Part shown: positions 26,129 through 35,564 of the stretch, one piece after another
Numbering within the stretch: position 1 is the first letter of the stretch
How the letters are laid out: each line of letters begins with the position of its first letter
Virus record (IMG/VR): IMGVR_UViG_3300042890_001190
Coordinates: 1,951-65,950 of that record
Strand: one strand, 5' to 3'
Length of the DNA: 64,000 nt
DNA from: a virus
Lineage: Duplodnaviria; Caudoviricetes
Position numbers and translations under genes: made by a program
The notes under the pieces: model-generated
Database searches by the model: none
What the model was told of the DNA's origin: nothing
The model's input: the letters and a program-made list of their open reading frames with translations, nothing else

Positions 26129-26430
26129 TCCCGTACTCTGTACACCTGCCAGAGGATGTGTATAACAAGCTCAAGGAGGCCGCAGGAAACCGCAAGGCAT
26201 CAGCCCTTGTGCGTGACGCCATCACCTTGATTGTCGAGGGCGACGACGAGTTCAATGGCGGCTACAACAAGGGTGTGCGTGACTGCATCAGGTTAATTCA
26301 ACAGAACGAGTTGTGCAAGGCCATCGGCTACTACGAGGACACTCTGGCAAAGATTTTGTCAGACCAAATTGAAGAGCTGATCGTCAACCAAAACGTGAAG
26401 GGGCGCGGCAATGGCAAGAAAAAAAGCTGA
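26110..26430 (+). CDS. ribbon-helix-helix DNA-binding protein
   Basis: PYSVHLPEDVYNKLKEAA..ASALVRDAI. Confidence 0.6.
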   Translation: MEAKRLIPYSVHLPEDVYNKLKEAAGNRKASALVRDAITLIVEGDDEFNGGYNKGVRDCIRLIQQNELCKAIGYYEDTLAKILSDQIEELIVNQNVKGRGNGKKKS

Positions 26431-26635
26431 AGGCTTAGCGGCCATCGTAGCCAAGCAAGACCCTGTGTCGATCCAAGACCTGACCATGCAGGACTTCTTT
26501 GCAGCGTTCGCGTTGCAGGGCTTGCTGGCCTACTACGGCGACCGCTCTGTTGTTGAGAGCGATGACGGTATCACCAGCATCCATGCGGCGGCATTTGACC
26601 ACGCAGACGAGATGCTTCAAAGGAGAGTTGCATGA
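26411..26635 (+). CDS. hypothetical protein
   Basis: LTMQDFFAAFALQGLLA..ADEML motif. Confidence 0.7.
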   Translation: MARKKAEGLAAIVAKQDPVSIQDLTMQDFFAAFALQGLLAYYGDRSVVESDDGITSIHAAAFDHADEMLQRRVA

Positions 26636-26979
26636 TCGAACTAGATGACTGGGCAGCGCACATGATGCGTGCAGAGATTCAACTCAAAGCCATTGAGCAC
26701 GGTCTACTCCACAAGGACTACACCGACATCCAAGCTCGAGCCAAATCAGCAAAACACTCCATCGACAAGATGCTTGCATGGGTGGCCCGCCAAGGCTCAA
26801 GCAAGGGCGTAGACATTGTAGAAATCCTTCAGAGCAACGTGGTAGCCCTGCCTGACACAAGCCATACCAAGAGCCTTCTGATTGCCTCCATTCAGGAGAT
26901 CGAGCAACTAAGGGGCGAGCGACAGTTCTGGCTCAAGTCTGGCTTCCATATTGGCAAGTCAGATGCAGTCAAAAAATAA
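26632..26979 (+). CDS. hypothetical protein
   Basis: 115 aa, SD AAGGAG, ATGA-coupled. Confidence 0.65.
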   Translation: MIELDDWAAHMMRAEIQLKAIEHGLLHKDYTDIQARAKSAKHSIDKMLAWVARQGSSKGVDIVEILQSNVVALPDTSHTKSLLIASIQEIEQLRGERQFWLKSGFHIGKSDAVKK

Positions 26980-27238
26980 GAAAGCCCCCACCGTTTTAGA
27001 GCGGGAGCACATCACACGGATCAAGGAAATGGACTGCGTGGTGTGTGGGGCATCAGGGCCAAGCGAGTGCCATGAGATCGAGCAGGGCCAGTGGTTCACA
27101 TCCATGCCCCTCTGCCCGGACTGCCACAGGGGTAGCCAAAACGGAATCCATGGGCAGAAAAGGATGTGGGCCATCCACAAGCTGGACGAGTTATCCGCCC
27201 TGAATAAAACTTACGAAACCATCTTTAAAAACCTGTAA
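26963..27238 (+). CDS. Zn-binding HNH-like protein (Ref/DUF968-like)
   Basis: CVVCG..ECHEI..PLCPDCH..GIHG. Confidence 0.7.
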   Translation: MQSKNKKAPTVLEREHITRIKEMDCVVCGASGPSECHEIEQGQWFTSMPLCPDCHRGSQNGIHGQKRMWAIHKLDELSALNKTYETIFKNL

Positions 27239-27280
27239 CTAAAATACAGCACGCCCTGATTTCAATCAAAAATGAATACT

Positions 27281-27322
27281 AAAACAACGAAGCAACCAAC
27301 TCGTGGAGGTTGCCGCGTGTTT
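27281..27322. promoter_or_regulatory. palindromic motif GCAACC-N10-GGTTGC, copy 3 of 3 (possibly also a terminator)
   Basis: aaaacaacgaagcaaccaactcgtggaggttgccgcgtgtttt between convergent operons. Confidence 0.65.
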
Positions 27323-27344
27323 TCAGTAAGTCGCATTTTGTAAC

Positions 27345-30300
27345 TTAGTTACGATCTTCCATCGCCTTGACCCGTTCATTGAGCACTTGCATCCTGCGGG
27401 TGATCAGCTTTTCGACGGCTTGGATTGACTCTTTAGGAGCATCGCGCTCGAGCAGTGCCTTGCGGCGCTTGCGTAACTCCTGAACATCCTTGAAGGTCTT
27501 GTTGGCTAGAGGTAACAAGCGGGCTTCTGGATTCTCTTTAAGAAAGTCCCCAAGCGGCTCCTTGCGCTCCCTGCGGCCCGTGACCACGTTGTTCAACTCG
27601 TTCAGTTCCTTCATGTTCTTGTAGAACTTGTTGGACTCTGCTGCTGCGCTTTTCGTCTCGCCTACAAATCGGCCATACAGGGGTATCTTGTAAGGCGGCA
27701 GGTCCTCACCAGTGATGGTCTTGTCGATGGTGGTTGTGAGCTTCACGAGCTCCCGGCCCACACCGCCAGTTGCTTGGCCGATCAGGTATTCGATCTGCTC
27801 TGGCGTAGGACTGATGACGCCCTGCCGATCCTTGTCACCACCACTGGCGGCGTTCAAGAACTCAGCCAAGGCCGTGGTCAGGAAGTTGGCACCCTCTCGA
27901 GCCCGCGAATAGCCCGGCGTTGGGTTTAGGGAGAACATATCCTCCTTGGAGATCGGCTTGCCTGTGAAGTCCTTGTTCTCACCAAGCGCAACCAACGGGT
28001 CAAGGATAGTTGGAGTAATGGTCTGCACCGACCAGCCAGCGTTACCCACTGGGTTGAAGGCATCAAGGAACAAGCCAGTCAAATCCGTGACGCGGCGAGC
28101 CGTATCGTCAAAGCCAGACATGGCCCACTCAGTCAAGATGCGCGAGATGCCCGGTATGACGTGAAATCCTAGAGGCATCGGGAAGGCCACGTAATTGCCA
28201 TTGCCAGTTGGGATCAGGATGTTTTTGGACCGGATGAACTCTGGAGGCTCCTCGTCATCGAACCCAGCGGCAGCCAAAAGCAAAGCCTGCATGGAGCCAA
28301 GCAGCAGACCGCCGGCCATGATCTTCTTGCCCATCGGCCCCTTGAGGGTTTCTACCATACGTGCAGAACCCTGCATGGAAGCGTTGAAGAACGCATACAG
28401 TGCGCCCATCTGCGTGGCTACATCACCCTTGCGGTTGAAGTTCACAGTCAGGTTTTTTGCCAAGGACGCGGCCTTCTGCTTGGCCTCGCTGTCGCTGAAG
28501 CCATCCTTCTTAAACTTCTCTTTGGCAACCTTGTAAGCCGACAGACGGACGGCATTCTCAAGCGAGTCGTTGTAGTCGCTGAGCCAGTCAAAGACAGCGC
28601 GAGCACCAGCCTTAGCCTTGCCCTCGGTGATCTTCTCCATCTCGTTCAGCAGGGCCTCTGTGCGGTCCTGCGTGCGGCTAAAGTTATCCCTGAAGCCCGT
28701 CTGTCCACCTTCGCTTTGAAACTCCTTCCAGAGCTTCGCCATGTCGCTGTCAACCGTCTCGCCCTTGCGGCGCTTTCTCAGGCTGGAGTAGATCGCTCCC
28801 ATTGAAGGAATGACCAATTTAGCAATTTCCTTTTGCTGACCAGCCAGCTCCGTAGTGGAGAGCTGAAGAGCGCCAGCCTGAATGTCGCGCAAAAAGTTGT
28901 ACGGTCCGAAGATCGGGTTGTACTGCGTGTTGACCGAGGCCATCCAGCGGGTGACCTTTGCGATCATTCCCAAAGTGGTGCCAAGGTCCTGTGCGTCAAG
29001 GTTCTTCAGCGCCGTAGCAGCGCGTGCAGAGCGAGGGTCTTTGGGGTTGAAGAGGACGTACCGCTTCTCGCCGTTGACGCGAGTAGACAAGACGAAATCG
29101 TTCTCGCGCAGCTTGGTGTTTACCCTGCTGATGACCTCGTTTTTCTTCGGGTCCAGCACGCGCTGCTTTGGCTCCTTCATTAAGAACTTAACTGCGTCCT
29201 CATCCAACCCCATGGCGCGAAGCTCGTCAATTGCATCCTCTGGAATCTTCTCGGCATCAGGGTTGATAGCCATCCAGAAGTCTGGGTTCGGAGCCTCCAA
29301 GGCAAGGCCGTACACAGCCTGTGCAACGCGGTTCTTTTCCGTCAGGGCAATGGCGTTGTTGCGAGCGGCGATCACGTTACCGATGATGTCCACCACGTTG
29401 CGTTTCGAGCCCATGGCGGAGCGGCTAAAGTCACGGCGAACGTCAAAGCCCCGGCCAGTTCCAAAGCTGCCAAAGTTGTAGTCGAAGTCCATCTCTTCGC
29501 GCATCAGTGGAACGTAGTTAGGGAATGCTTTTTCCCAGCCCTCAACGGTCTCGGCCTTTTCGTAGCCAGTGTCCACCAGTAGTTTGCGCGTGCCCTTGGT
29601 GATGCCATCTACGCGCTTGGCTAACTCTTCGTACTTGGCCTTAGTGTCGGCGTCCAAATCAGCAAGGTACTTGCGTGCAGCCTCTGTGGTGACGCTAGAG
29701 CCGCCGTCTTGCATCTCAGGACGATTGGGATTGCGCTTGGCAACGAGCTTGTTGTAGTCCTCTGCATGGCGGTTAAGCAGGTACTTCTCCAACGCGCCAA
29801 TAGTCACATCTTTCTTCTGCATGTCCTGCAAAAGAGGAAGCCACTCGTTATCTTGGAACAGCTTGGAAGCCTCAACCGTGCGACCGTGGTACAGCTCCTC
29901 TTGCAGGTACGGGTTCCACTTAGTTGCAATCTCTTTGCCTGTGCTCTTGACGGCTTCTATGACGCGCTTAATGTCGATGTTCTTGTCGAGCAGCTTGTAG
30001 ATCAAGCCGTCTTGCAGCTCCATCTTTGGATCGGTCGTGATAGACCAAGTGCCAAGCACGGGCTCGCCAAAGATGTTCTGGTGGGCAGGGTTGACCTGCA
30101 TGGCATTGATGTCAGCAGACCTGCCACCCAAAGAGTCTTGACGAATAACGGAAAAAAGTTCGCCAACATCTGAGGTGTATGTTGTCTTCACGTTGCGCGG
30201 ATCGTCAAGTCGGGCATAGGAGAAAACAAAGGCATCCTCGTCATCTGTGGCGTCCGGCTCTTCCTCTTTGCTGACGCCGAAATACTCGCCATCGACGTTG

Positions 30301-33300
30301 GCGATGTAGTCCCAGTCTTGCCACAGGCTGAATGAGTTACTGTCGGTGACGCGCTTAAGCTTGTCGTTAGGCTTCTTCAGTAGCTTCCTTGCTTCATACA
30401 GGTTGTATGCCTCTGGCCCACCGGGGAAGTCGCCAATCTCCGTGTTGTCACGCACGTCCTCATCCATTGCGGCAATGGCGTCGGCGTCCTTGTAAATCTG
30501 GCTTTTGTTTTTGGCAGTTACTTCTCCAGCACCTCGATCTGCGAGTTGCGCAGCTCTGCCGACAGTAGCGCGTTCTGTGCCAGCTTCGGGTTGAACTGCT
30601 GCACCTTCAACAGATCTTGCGGGCTGAATTTTGATTCCAAAAGTGCTTCTCTTTGTTGTGCCTGTTGCTCTTGCTTCTTGCGATCCATCTTGAATCCTTT
30701 CGATAATGGATTGAATTTGTGAGTATGCCTCTGGCGCGTTAGTTTGTAAATCAACGGGCGACACAAAATAGTAGGCAAACGCCTGAGCGAAAGACTCCTC
30801 CTTGGGTCGCACTCTTCCTCTAAACTGCGGAGCAAACGGATACGCCATTGGGTGCTGAAGCTTGTTTGCGCTATTGGTGTACCAACCTTGCAGCTCTGCA
30901 TGAGCCTTGGCCCAGCTTGCTTTCTCGGACGGCTTTCCGCCAGCCGTGTCCACCGCATGAGCAAGTTCATGGATTAAGGTTTGCAGCTTTTCCGCTTTTG
31001 ATGAATCTTTCCATTTTTTGGCGATCATCAGTGAGCCGCCTGACGACATAACCGCAACTACATCCATGCGAGTTGAGCCGGCAGCAGTTACGTTACCAAG
31101 CACCAACGGGGGCATGCCAAGATCAAGAGCGTCAGACGCGAGCCCAACAATTTCTTTTACCTGAGCAGAGGTGAGGTCTGCTGGCTTTAAGAGTTGAGTC
31201 TTGTTGGCGGACCGCGCTCTAAAAGGAAGGATGGGGAATCTAAGCTTTAACGCAAAATTCTCCATAGCCTCTTTGCGCTCTTGCTCTGGGCTGATTGCAA
31301 CAACCTTTGGCTCTGGCGTCGGCTCTGGCTCAGGTTGATTGAAGATGTCGCCAGTCGTATCCTGACGACCTTCTTCGCGGGTCAACTCAAACTGCCCAGC
31401 ACCAGCCTCAGACTCTTTGCGAATCTGCTCGCGCTCATCAAGCTCTGGGGCTTTTGCCTTGCGCTCTTCTTCCTCAGCCACTTGATCTTTGGTCGGGCTC
31501 TCGAGCTTCAGGCGCTCCTCTTCCAAGCGCTTGCGCTCCTCCAGTAGACGAGCCTCACGCTCGTTTAGCTGCTCTTCTCGATCAAGCTGGGCTTTGCGTT
31601 TCTCGAAGTCGGAATCTGCCTTTTCCGCTTCGCGCTGTTCAGGAGTTCTATCCGCTTCTGGGGCGGCAGGCTCCTGAGTAGCTTGATCAAGCTCTCTTTG
31701 TTCATCGGCGGCATATTGAAGCTCCTTGTTAATTTCATCATCAGACAGTAAATCTTGAATCTGACGCTCAATCGACTCAATATCATTTTCAACTTGCTGG
31801 ATGGCAAGCTCTGTTTCGTAGGTGTAGGGCTGGTTATTGCGCAGCTTATCGCGGACGTATTCCGCCGACTCGCTGTTCACATAGTCGGGGCTATCCGGGC
31901 GCATCTTCACAGGCAAAAAGATGTCCAGCTTTCCGCTATCAACCATGTCTTCCATGGATGCACCGAGCTGACCTTTTGGTGCCTTCAAATTTAGGAATGG
32001 GTTCTTGCCAACTTGGCGAGCGCGGCCACCCAACTCAGACAATTCTGCGTCTCTAAGCGTGCCTCGTAGCACCTGCGAAAGACTGGTTCCGGATGTTCTC
32101 TTTTCAAGCTTGTCTCGCTCGGCAATAGCAAGCGCTTGGTCCTGCGTCAGCTTTTCAACCTCAGCCTCAACCTCGGGAATCATGGGCTGGGGCTGACCCT
32201 CCAACCTTCCAAAACCTTTGAGCTCTTTACCCGTGAGTGGATCAACAGGTGGTGCTTCGCGAGCCTGCAGTTCTCCAAGCTCCATGTTGCCAACAACCAC
32301 GTTGCGGCTTTCGACAGGAGGCAGTTCAGCTTGACCAAACACACTGGTCTTTGTGGCCTCTGCGTCAGCTTCACGATTTCTCTTCAGGGTCTCGGCCTCG
32401 GAACGCAAGCGCTCAATGTCGCGCCTGAGCACTTCATCAATTTGCTCTTTAATCCTGCCCAGCAGCTTTTTGTTTTCGGGCGTCTGAGGCTCTTGAAGCA
32501 AGCGCTGTCTTTCTTGCTCAAGAACGGCGTAATCGTCACGCTGAGGAGCCACGCCAGAAGGTCCGGCGGCTTCACGCCCACCAGAAACTGGTTCCGCTAA
32601 TGGTTCTTCGCGCACACCAATCTGGTCATCCGGCTTTGTCCCAGAAATGGATGGTGGCTTAACGTATGGCTCAGGTGTCGGCTCTTGCACGGAGCTTGGT
32701 GTGGGCGCAAGTGGAGTGCTTGGTGCGACCGGAGGTTTCTTGGCCTCCTCTTCGGCGATGCGTTTTGTTTCAGCCTCTTCGCCAAGAATCCGCTCCGCCT
32801 CGCCGCGAGCTTGCCTTCGTAGACCAGCTTCGGTTCCGCCAGTCACAGCACCAAGGCCAGCGCCAGCAAGAGCTTCCAAAGTGCCTGAGCTTGCAACTCC
32901 ACGCATGGTGGGTACATCAAAGCCCTCACGCTGCAGAGCGATGTTCTTTGCCACTTGCTCTTGTGAGCCCTGCAAAAGCTCAGGCACCGATTCGGTAACG
33001 GCAGTTCTTGCTGCACCCTCGGCCACTTCTCGCGTAGCGCCCTTGGCGGTTTCCTTGCCGGCAGCCTTGGTCAAGATGCGCCGCGCAGCACTCTCCACAC
33101 CGAACCTGCCGCCTACCGCGCCAAGGCCAGCGCCCAGCAGAATCTGGTCCAAGTTTTTGCCGCCATATTCCTGCGCCTGAATGGCGGCCTGCTCCGCCTT
33201 GGCCTCGTCAATGCCAGCCTCGCGCAGTGCAGCTTTGGTTTCTTCGTAGATGCCGCCCTTAATGGAGCCAGCACCCATGCCAGCACCAATGCCCACGCCA

Positions 33301-33758
33301 GCGGCTTTCAAGCCTAAAGCGCCAGCGCCTAGCACCTTGGCACCCAAGATGCCCAAAACAGCGGGTGCGGCAGTACCAAAGCCTTGCGCCAGCAGGTCAA
33401 CGGGAGCAACAGAGAACGCCTTAAAGCCAGCCTTAACCTGATCCATCATGCCCTTGTCTTCTGCGTCTTTGAGGATGCGGGAAACCTCTTTCTCGTCGTT
33501 CTTCGACTGAGCAGACATCAAACTTGACAGGTAACCTTCAGCACCCTTGAGGGCCTCGGATGCACCAGTGCCAGCACCAAACGCATCGGCAATCATCCTC
33601 ACACCAGTTACAGCGCCGCGACCGACACTCAATGGAACGTCAGCAACTTGACGCAGGAAGCCGGACTCTTCCTTTGGTGCAACTGGCTTTGCATCGAACT
33701 GATCAAAGAAGTTACCCGATTCGGGAGCCGTGTCAAACTGGTCGAAGAAATTTGCCAT
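27345..33758 (-). CDS. large ejection/polyvalent protein (LPD38-like C-terminus, internal HExxH domain)
   Basis: 2137 aa; Gly/Ala-rich membrane-like N-terminus; LIHELAH..EESFA; C-terminal NLTVNFNRKG..FFNASMQG..ENKDFTGKPI. Confidence 0.75.
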   Translation of the reverse strand: MANFFDQFDTAPESGNFFDQFDAKPVAPKEESGFLRQVADVPLSVGRGAVTGVRMIADAFGAGTGASEALKGAEGYLSSLMSAQSKNDEKEVSRILKDAEDKGMMDQVKAGFKAFSVAPVDLLAQGFGTAAPAVLGILGAKVLGAGALGLKAAGVGIGAGMGAGSIKGGIYEETKAALREAGIDEAKAEQAAIQAQEYGGKNLDQILLGAGLGAVGGRFGVESAARRILTKAAGKETAKGATREVAEGAARTAVTESVPELLQGSQEQVAKNIALQREGFDVPTMRGVASSGTLEALAGAGLGAVTGGTEAGLRRQARGEAERILGEEAETKRIAEEEAKKPPVAPSTPLAPTPSSVQEPTPEPYVKPPSISGTKPDDQIGVREEPLAEPVSGGREAAGPSGVAPQRDDYAVLEQERQRLLQEPQTPENKKLLGRIKEQIDEVLRRDIERLRSEAETLKRNREADAEATKTSVFGQAELPPVESRNVVVGNMELGELQAREAPPVDPLTGKELKGFGRLEGQPQPMIPEVEAEVEKLTQDQALAIAERDKLEKRTSGTSLSQVLRGTLRDAELSELGGRARQVGKNPFLNLKAPKGQLGASMEDMVDSGKLDIFLPVKMRPDSPDYVNSESAEYVRDKLRNNQPYTYETELAIQQVENDIESIERQIQDLLSDDEINKELQYAADEQRELDQATQEPAAPEADRTPEQREAEKADSDFEKRKAQLDREEQLNEREARLLEERKRLEEERLKLESPTKDQVAEEEERKAKAPELDEREQIRKESEAGAGQFELTREEGRQDTTGDIFNQPEPEPTPEPKVVAISPEQERKEAMENFALKLRFPILPFRARSANKTQLLKPADLTSAQVKEIVGLASDALDLGMPPLVLGNVTAAGSTRMDVVAVMSSGGSLMIAKKWKDSSKAEKLQTLIHELAHAVDTAGGKPSEKASWAKAHAELQGWYTNSANKLQHPMAYPFAPQFRGRVRPKEESFAQAFAYYFVSPVDLQTNAPEAYSQIQSIIERIQDGSQEARATGTTKRSTFGIKIQPARSVEGAAVQPEAGTERATVGRAAQLADRGAGEVTAKNKSQIYKDADAIAAMDEDVRDNTEIGDFPGGPEAYNLYEARKLLKKPNDKLKRVTDSNSFSLWQDWDYIANVDGEYFGVSKEEEPDATDDEDAFVFSYARLDDPRNVKTTYTSDVGELFSVIRQDSLGGRSADINAMQVNPAHQNIFGEPVLGTWSITTDPKMELQDGLIYKLLDKNIDIKRVIEAVKSTGKEIATKWNPYLQEELYHGRTVEASKLFQDNEWLPLLQDMQKKDVTIGALEKYLLNRHAEDYNKLVAKRNPNRPEMQDGGSSVTTEAARKYLADLDADTKAKYEELAKRVDGITKGTRKLLVDTGYEKAETVEGWEKAFPNYVPLMREEMDFDYNFGSFGTGRGFDVRRDFSRSAMGSKRNVVDIIGNVIAARNNAIALTEKNRVAQAVYGLALEAPNPDFWMAINPDAEKIPEDAIDELRAMGLDEDAVKFLMKEPKQRVLDPKKNEVISRVNTKLRENDFVLSTRVNGEKRYVLFNPKDPRSARAATALKNLDAQDLGTTLGMIAKVTRWMASVNTQYNPIFGPYNFLRDIQAGALQLSTTELAGQQKEIAKLVIPSMGAIYSSLRKRRKGETVDSDMAKLWKEFQSEGGQTGFRDNFSRTQDRTEALLNEMEKITEGKAKAGARAVFDWLSDYNDSLENAVRLSAYKVAKEKFKKDGFSDSEAKQKAASLAKNLTVNFNRKGDVATQMGALYAFFNASMQGSARMVETLKGPMGKKIMAGGLLLGSMQALLLAAAGFDDEEPPEFIRSKNILIPTGNGNYVAFPMPLGFHVIPGISRILTEWAMSGFDDTARRVTDLTGLFLDAFNPVGNAGWSVQTITPTILDPLVALGENKDFTGKPISKEDMFSLNPTPGYSRAREGANFLTTALAEFLNAASGGDKDRQGVISPTPEQIEYLIGQATGGVGRELVKLTTTIDKTITGEDLPPYKIPLYGRFVGETKSAAAESNKFYKNMKELNELNNVVTGRRERKEPLGDFLKENPEARLLPLANKTFKDVQELRKRRKALLERDAPKESIQAVEKLITRRMQVLNERVKAMEDRN

Positions 33759-33764
33759 GGTCGA

Positions 33765-35555
33765 TTACTTTTGCAGGTATTGAGCGGCGGCACCCTTGCC
33801 GTACTTCTGGTCGAATTGTGCAGCAAGTCCGGGGTTTTTCCTAAGCGCATCAATTGCAGCAGCAGGCGCACCACCGGTGGGGGCGGCACCAGCCTCCCCA
33901 ATAGCCCGCTCAATGATCAGTTTTGACAATCTGTCGCGCTGAGCCTGCAAGGTTCCAAACTCAGGAGCCTTTGGGTCCATGAACTCAAGTCGGGAGTCGA
34001 TGTCTTTTACGGCGTCACGCAGCTTTCTTGTCTGAGCGTTATCCGCGCCGACGCCAGCAGTTCCGGAGCCACCCTTAATCTTGGACATGCGCTCCAAATA
34101 AGCGTCAGCCTCGGCTTGTTGACCCTTGGCAAGCATTGCCCTGTAGTTGGATTCAATGCGCTCGGCCTCACTTGGGCGATTGGCTGTTGCCGCCTGCAAC
34201 TTGGCGATCTGCAGTTGGGTTAAGCGTCCCTCCTCAGCCGTTTTGGCGGTAATGTCCTGACCGCGCATCTGACCAAGAGTCTGACTGCGCTCACGATTTG
34301 CGGCAGCCACGCTCTTCTGGTCTTCGCCAAACAAAGTGCTGCCAGATTTGTAGCGCTCTTTACCGACAGCAAGGTTTTCTTTGTTGATGGCATTGATGGC
34401 ATTCAGCATCTCGCGCTGGCTTGCCATATCCATGTCGTAAGTCTCCCGGCCAGCACGCTCACCTGCGGCACTAGCCCCGCCGTAGCCCTGACCAAAGCCG
34501 CGCAACGTAGCGCCAAGCTCTTCCATGGGCCGACCGGCAGCCTGCTTAGCTTGACGTTGTTTCATCAGGGCCAGCAAGCCACGCTCTTCCTCGCCAAACT
34601 TCTTGTCCAAGCCGTACTGGGATGCGAACTTCCCCTCTTGCGCCATGGCGTCTTCTGGAGTCATGGCTTTGGCTTTTTCGCGAACAGCTTCCAGCGACAA
34701 CTTTGCCACTTCGTCTTGCGGCGTCATAGCGGCAGCAGCACCGGGCAGTCCGGGTTGAGGCGCTGGTGCAGCGGCCACCGGGAGGCGAGGTGCAGCGGGA
34801 GGGGCTGATGGCGCTGCCTTGGCTCCCATTTGCTGAGCAGCACCGGGCAAGCCAGCGGGCATGCGCGGATCAGCAAACTTTGGGGCAGTCATTGGGCCAA
34901 CGCGCTTCATGGTTTCCGCAGTGGCATTGGGGTTAGCCATCCGCGCTGCTCGCTCCGGTGCAATTTCCCGACTTTGGCTCAGCATACGTTGACGCTCACG
35001 TTGTGCAAATTCCTCTTGGTCCGCGCCCTCGGATTCACGCATTTTTTTTGCATACACCTGAACATCGGGACTAAATTGAGTGCGCTTACCCTCGCCCATC
35101 TCAATAGACTCTTGCTTGTACTTTTCCTCAACGCTGCCGCCTTCAGCAAAAGCGATGATGCCGCCACCAGCGTACTCAAACATATCGCCGCGCATAGGGA
35201 TGGAGGCTAAGCCGCCACCAGCCATCATTGCTTCGGGCTGCTGCTCTGGCTGCGGAACACCAGCAGGTGTCGGCATTGGGCCGCGAGGCTGTGCTTGCTG
35301 CTGAGCAACTTGCTGCTGCTGCATCTGCTGAAGAGCCATCAAGCCAGCCTTCTGCTCGACCTGCTCCTTGATGCTGGGCTGAGGAGCTTGCTGACCGCCC
35401 TGCGCAGTAGCCATCTGCTTTTGCGACAGCTCGCGGCGCTGCAACTCACCCAGCGCCAAGTAAGGAGGCACCTCGGGGTTCATGCCGTTGGCGTACTGTT
35501 GCACCACCTGCATGGGCAGGTCTTTAAGGCGTTCGTTGATCTGTACGAGGTTCAT
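33765..35555 (-). CDS. internal virion / ejection protein
   Basis: 596 aa, helical Q/A-rich, several phi-AxGG motifs. Confidence 0.65.
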   Translation of the reverse strand: MNLVQINERLKDLPMQVVQQYANGMNPEVPPYLALGELQRRELSQKQMATAQGGQQAPQPSIKEQVEQKAGLMALQQMQQQQVAQQQAQPRGPMPTPAGVPQPEQQPEAMMAGGGLASIPMRGDMFEYAGGGIIAFAEGGSVEEKYKQESIEMGEGKRTQFSPDVQVYAKKMRESEGADQEEFAQRERQRMLSQSREIAPERAARMANPNATAETMKRVGPMTAPKFADPRMPAGLPGAAQQMGAKAAPSAPPAAPRLPVAAAPAPQPGLPGAAAAMTPQDEVAKLSLEAVREKAKAMTPEDAMAQEGKFASQYGLDKKFGEEERGLLALMKQRQAKQAAGRPMEELGATLRGFGQGYGGASAAGERAGRETYDMDMASQREMLNAINAINKENLAVGKERYKSGSTLFGEDQKSVAAANRERSQTLGQMRGQDITAKTAEEGRLTQLQIAKLQAATANRPSEAERIESNYRAMLAKGQQAEADAYLERMSKIKGGSGTAGVGADNAQTRKLRDAVKDIDSRLEFMDPKAPEFGTLQAQRDRLSKLIIERAIGEAGAAPTGGAPAAAIDALRKNPGLAAQFDQKYGKGAAAQYLQK

Positions 35556-35564
35556 CTTGCTTCC

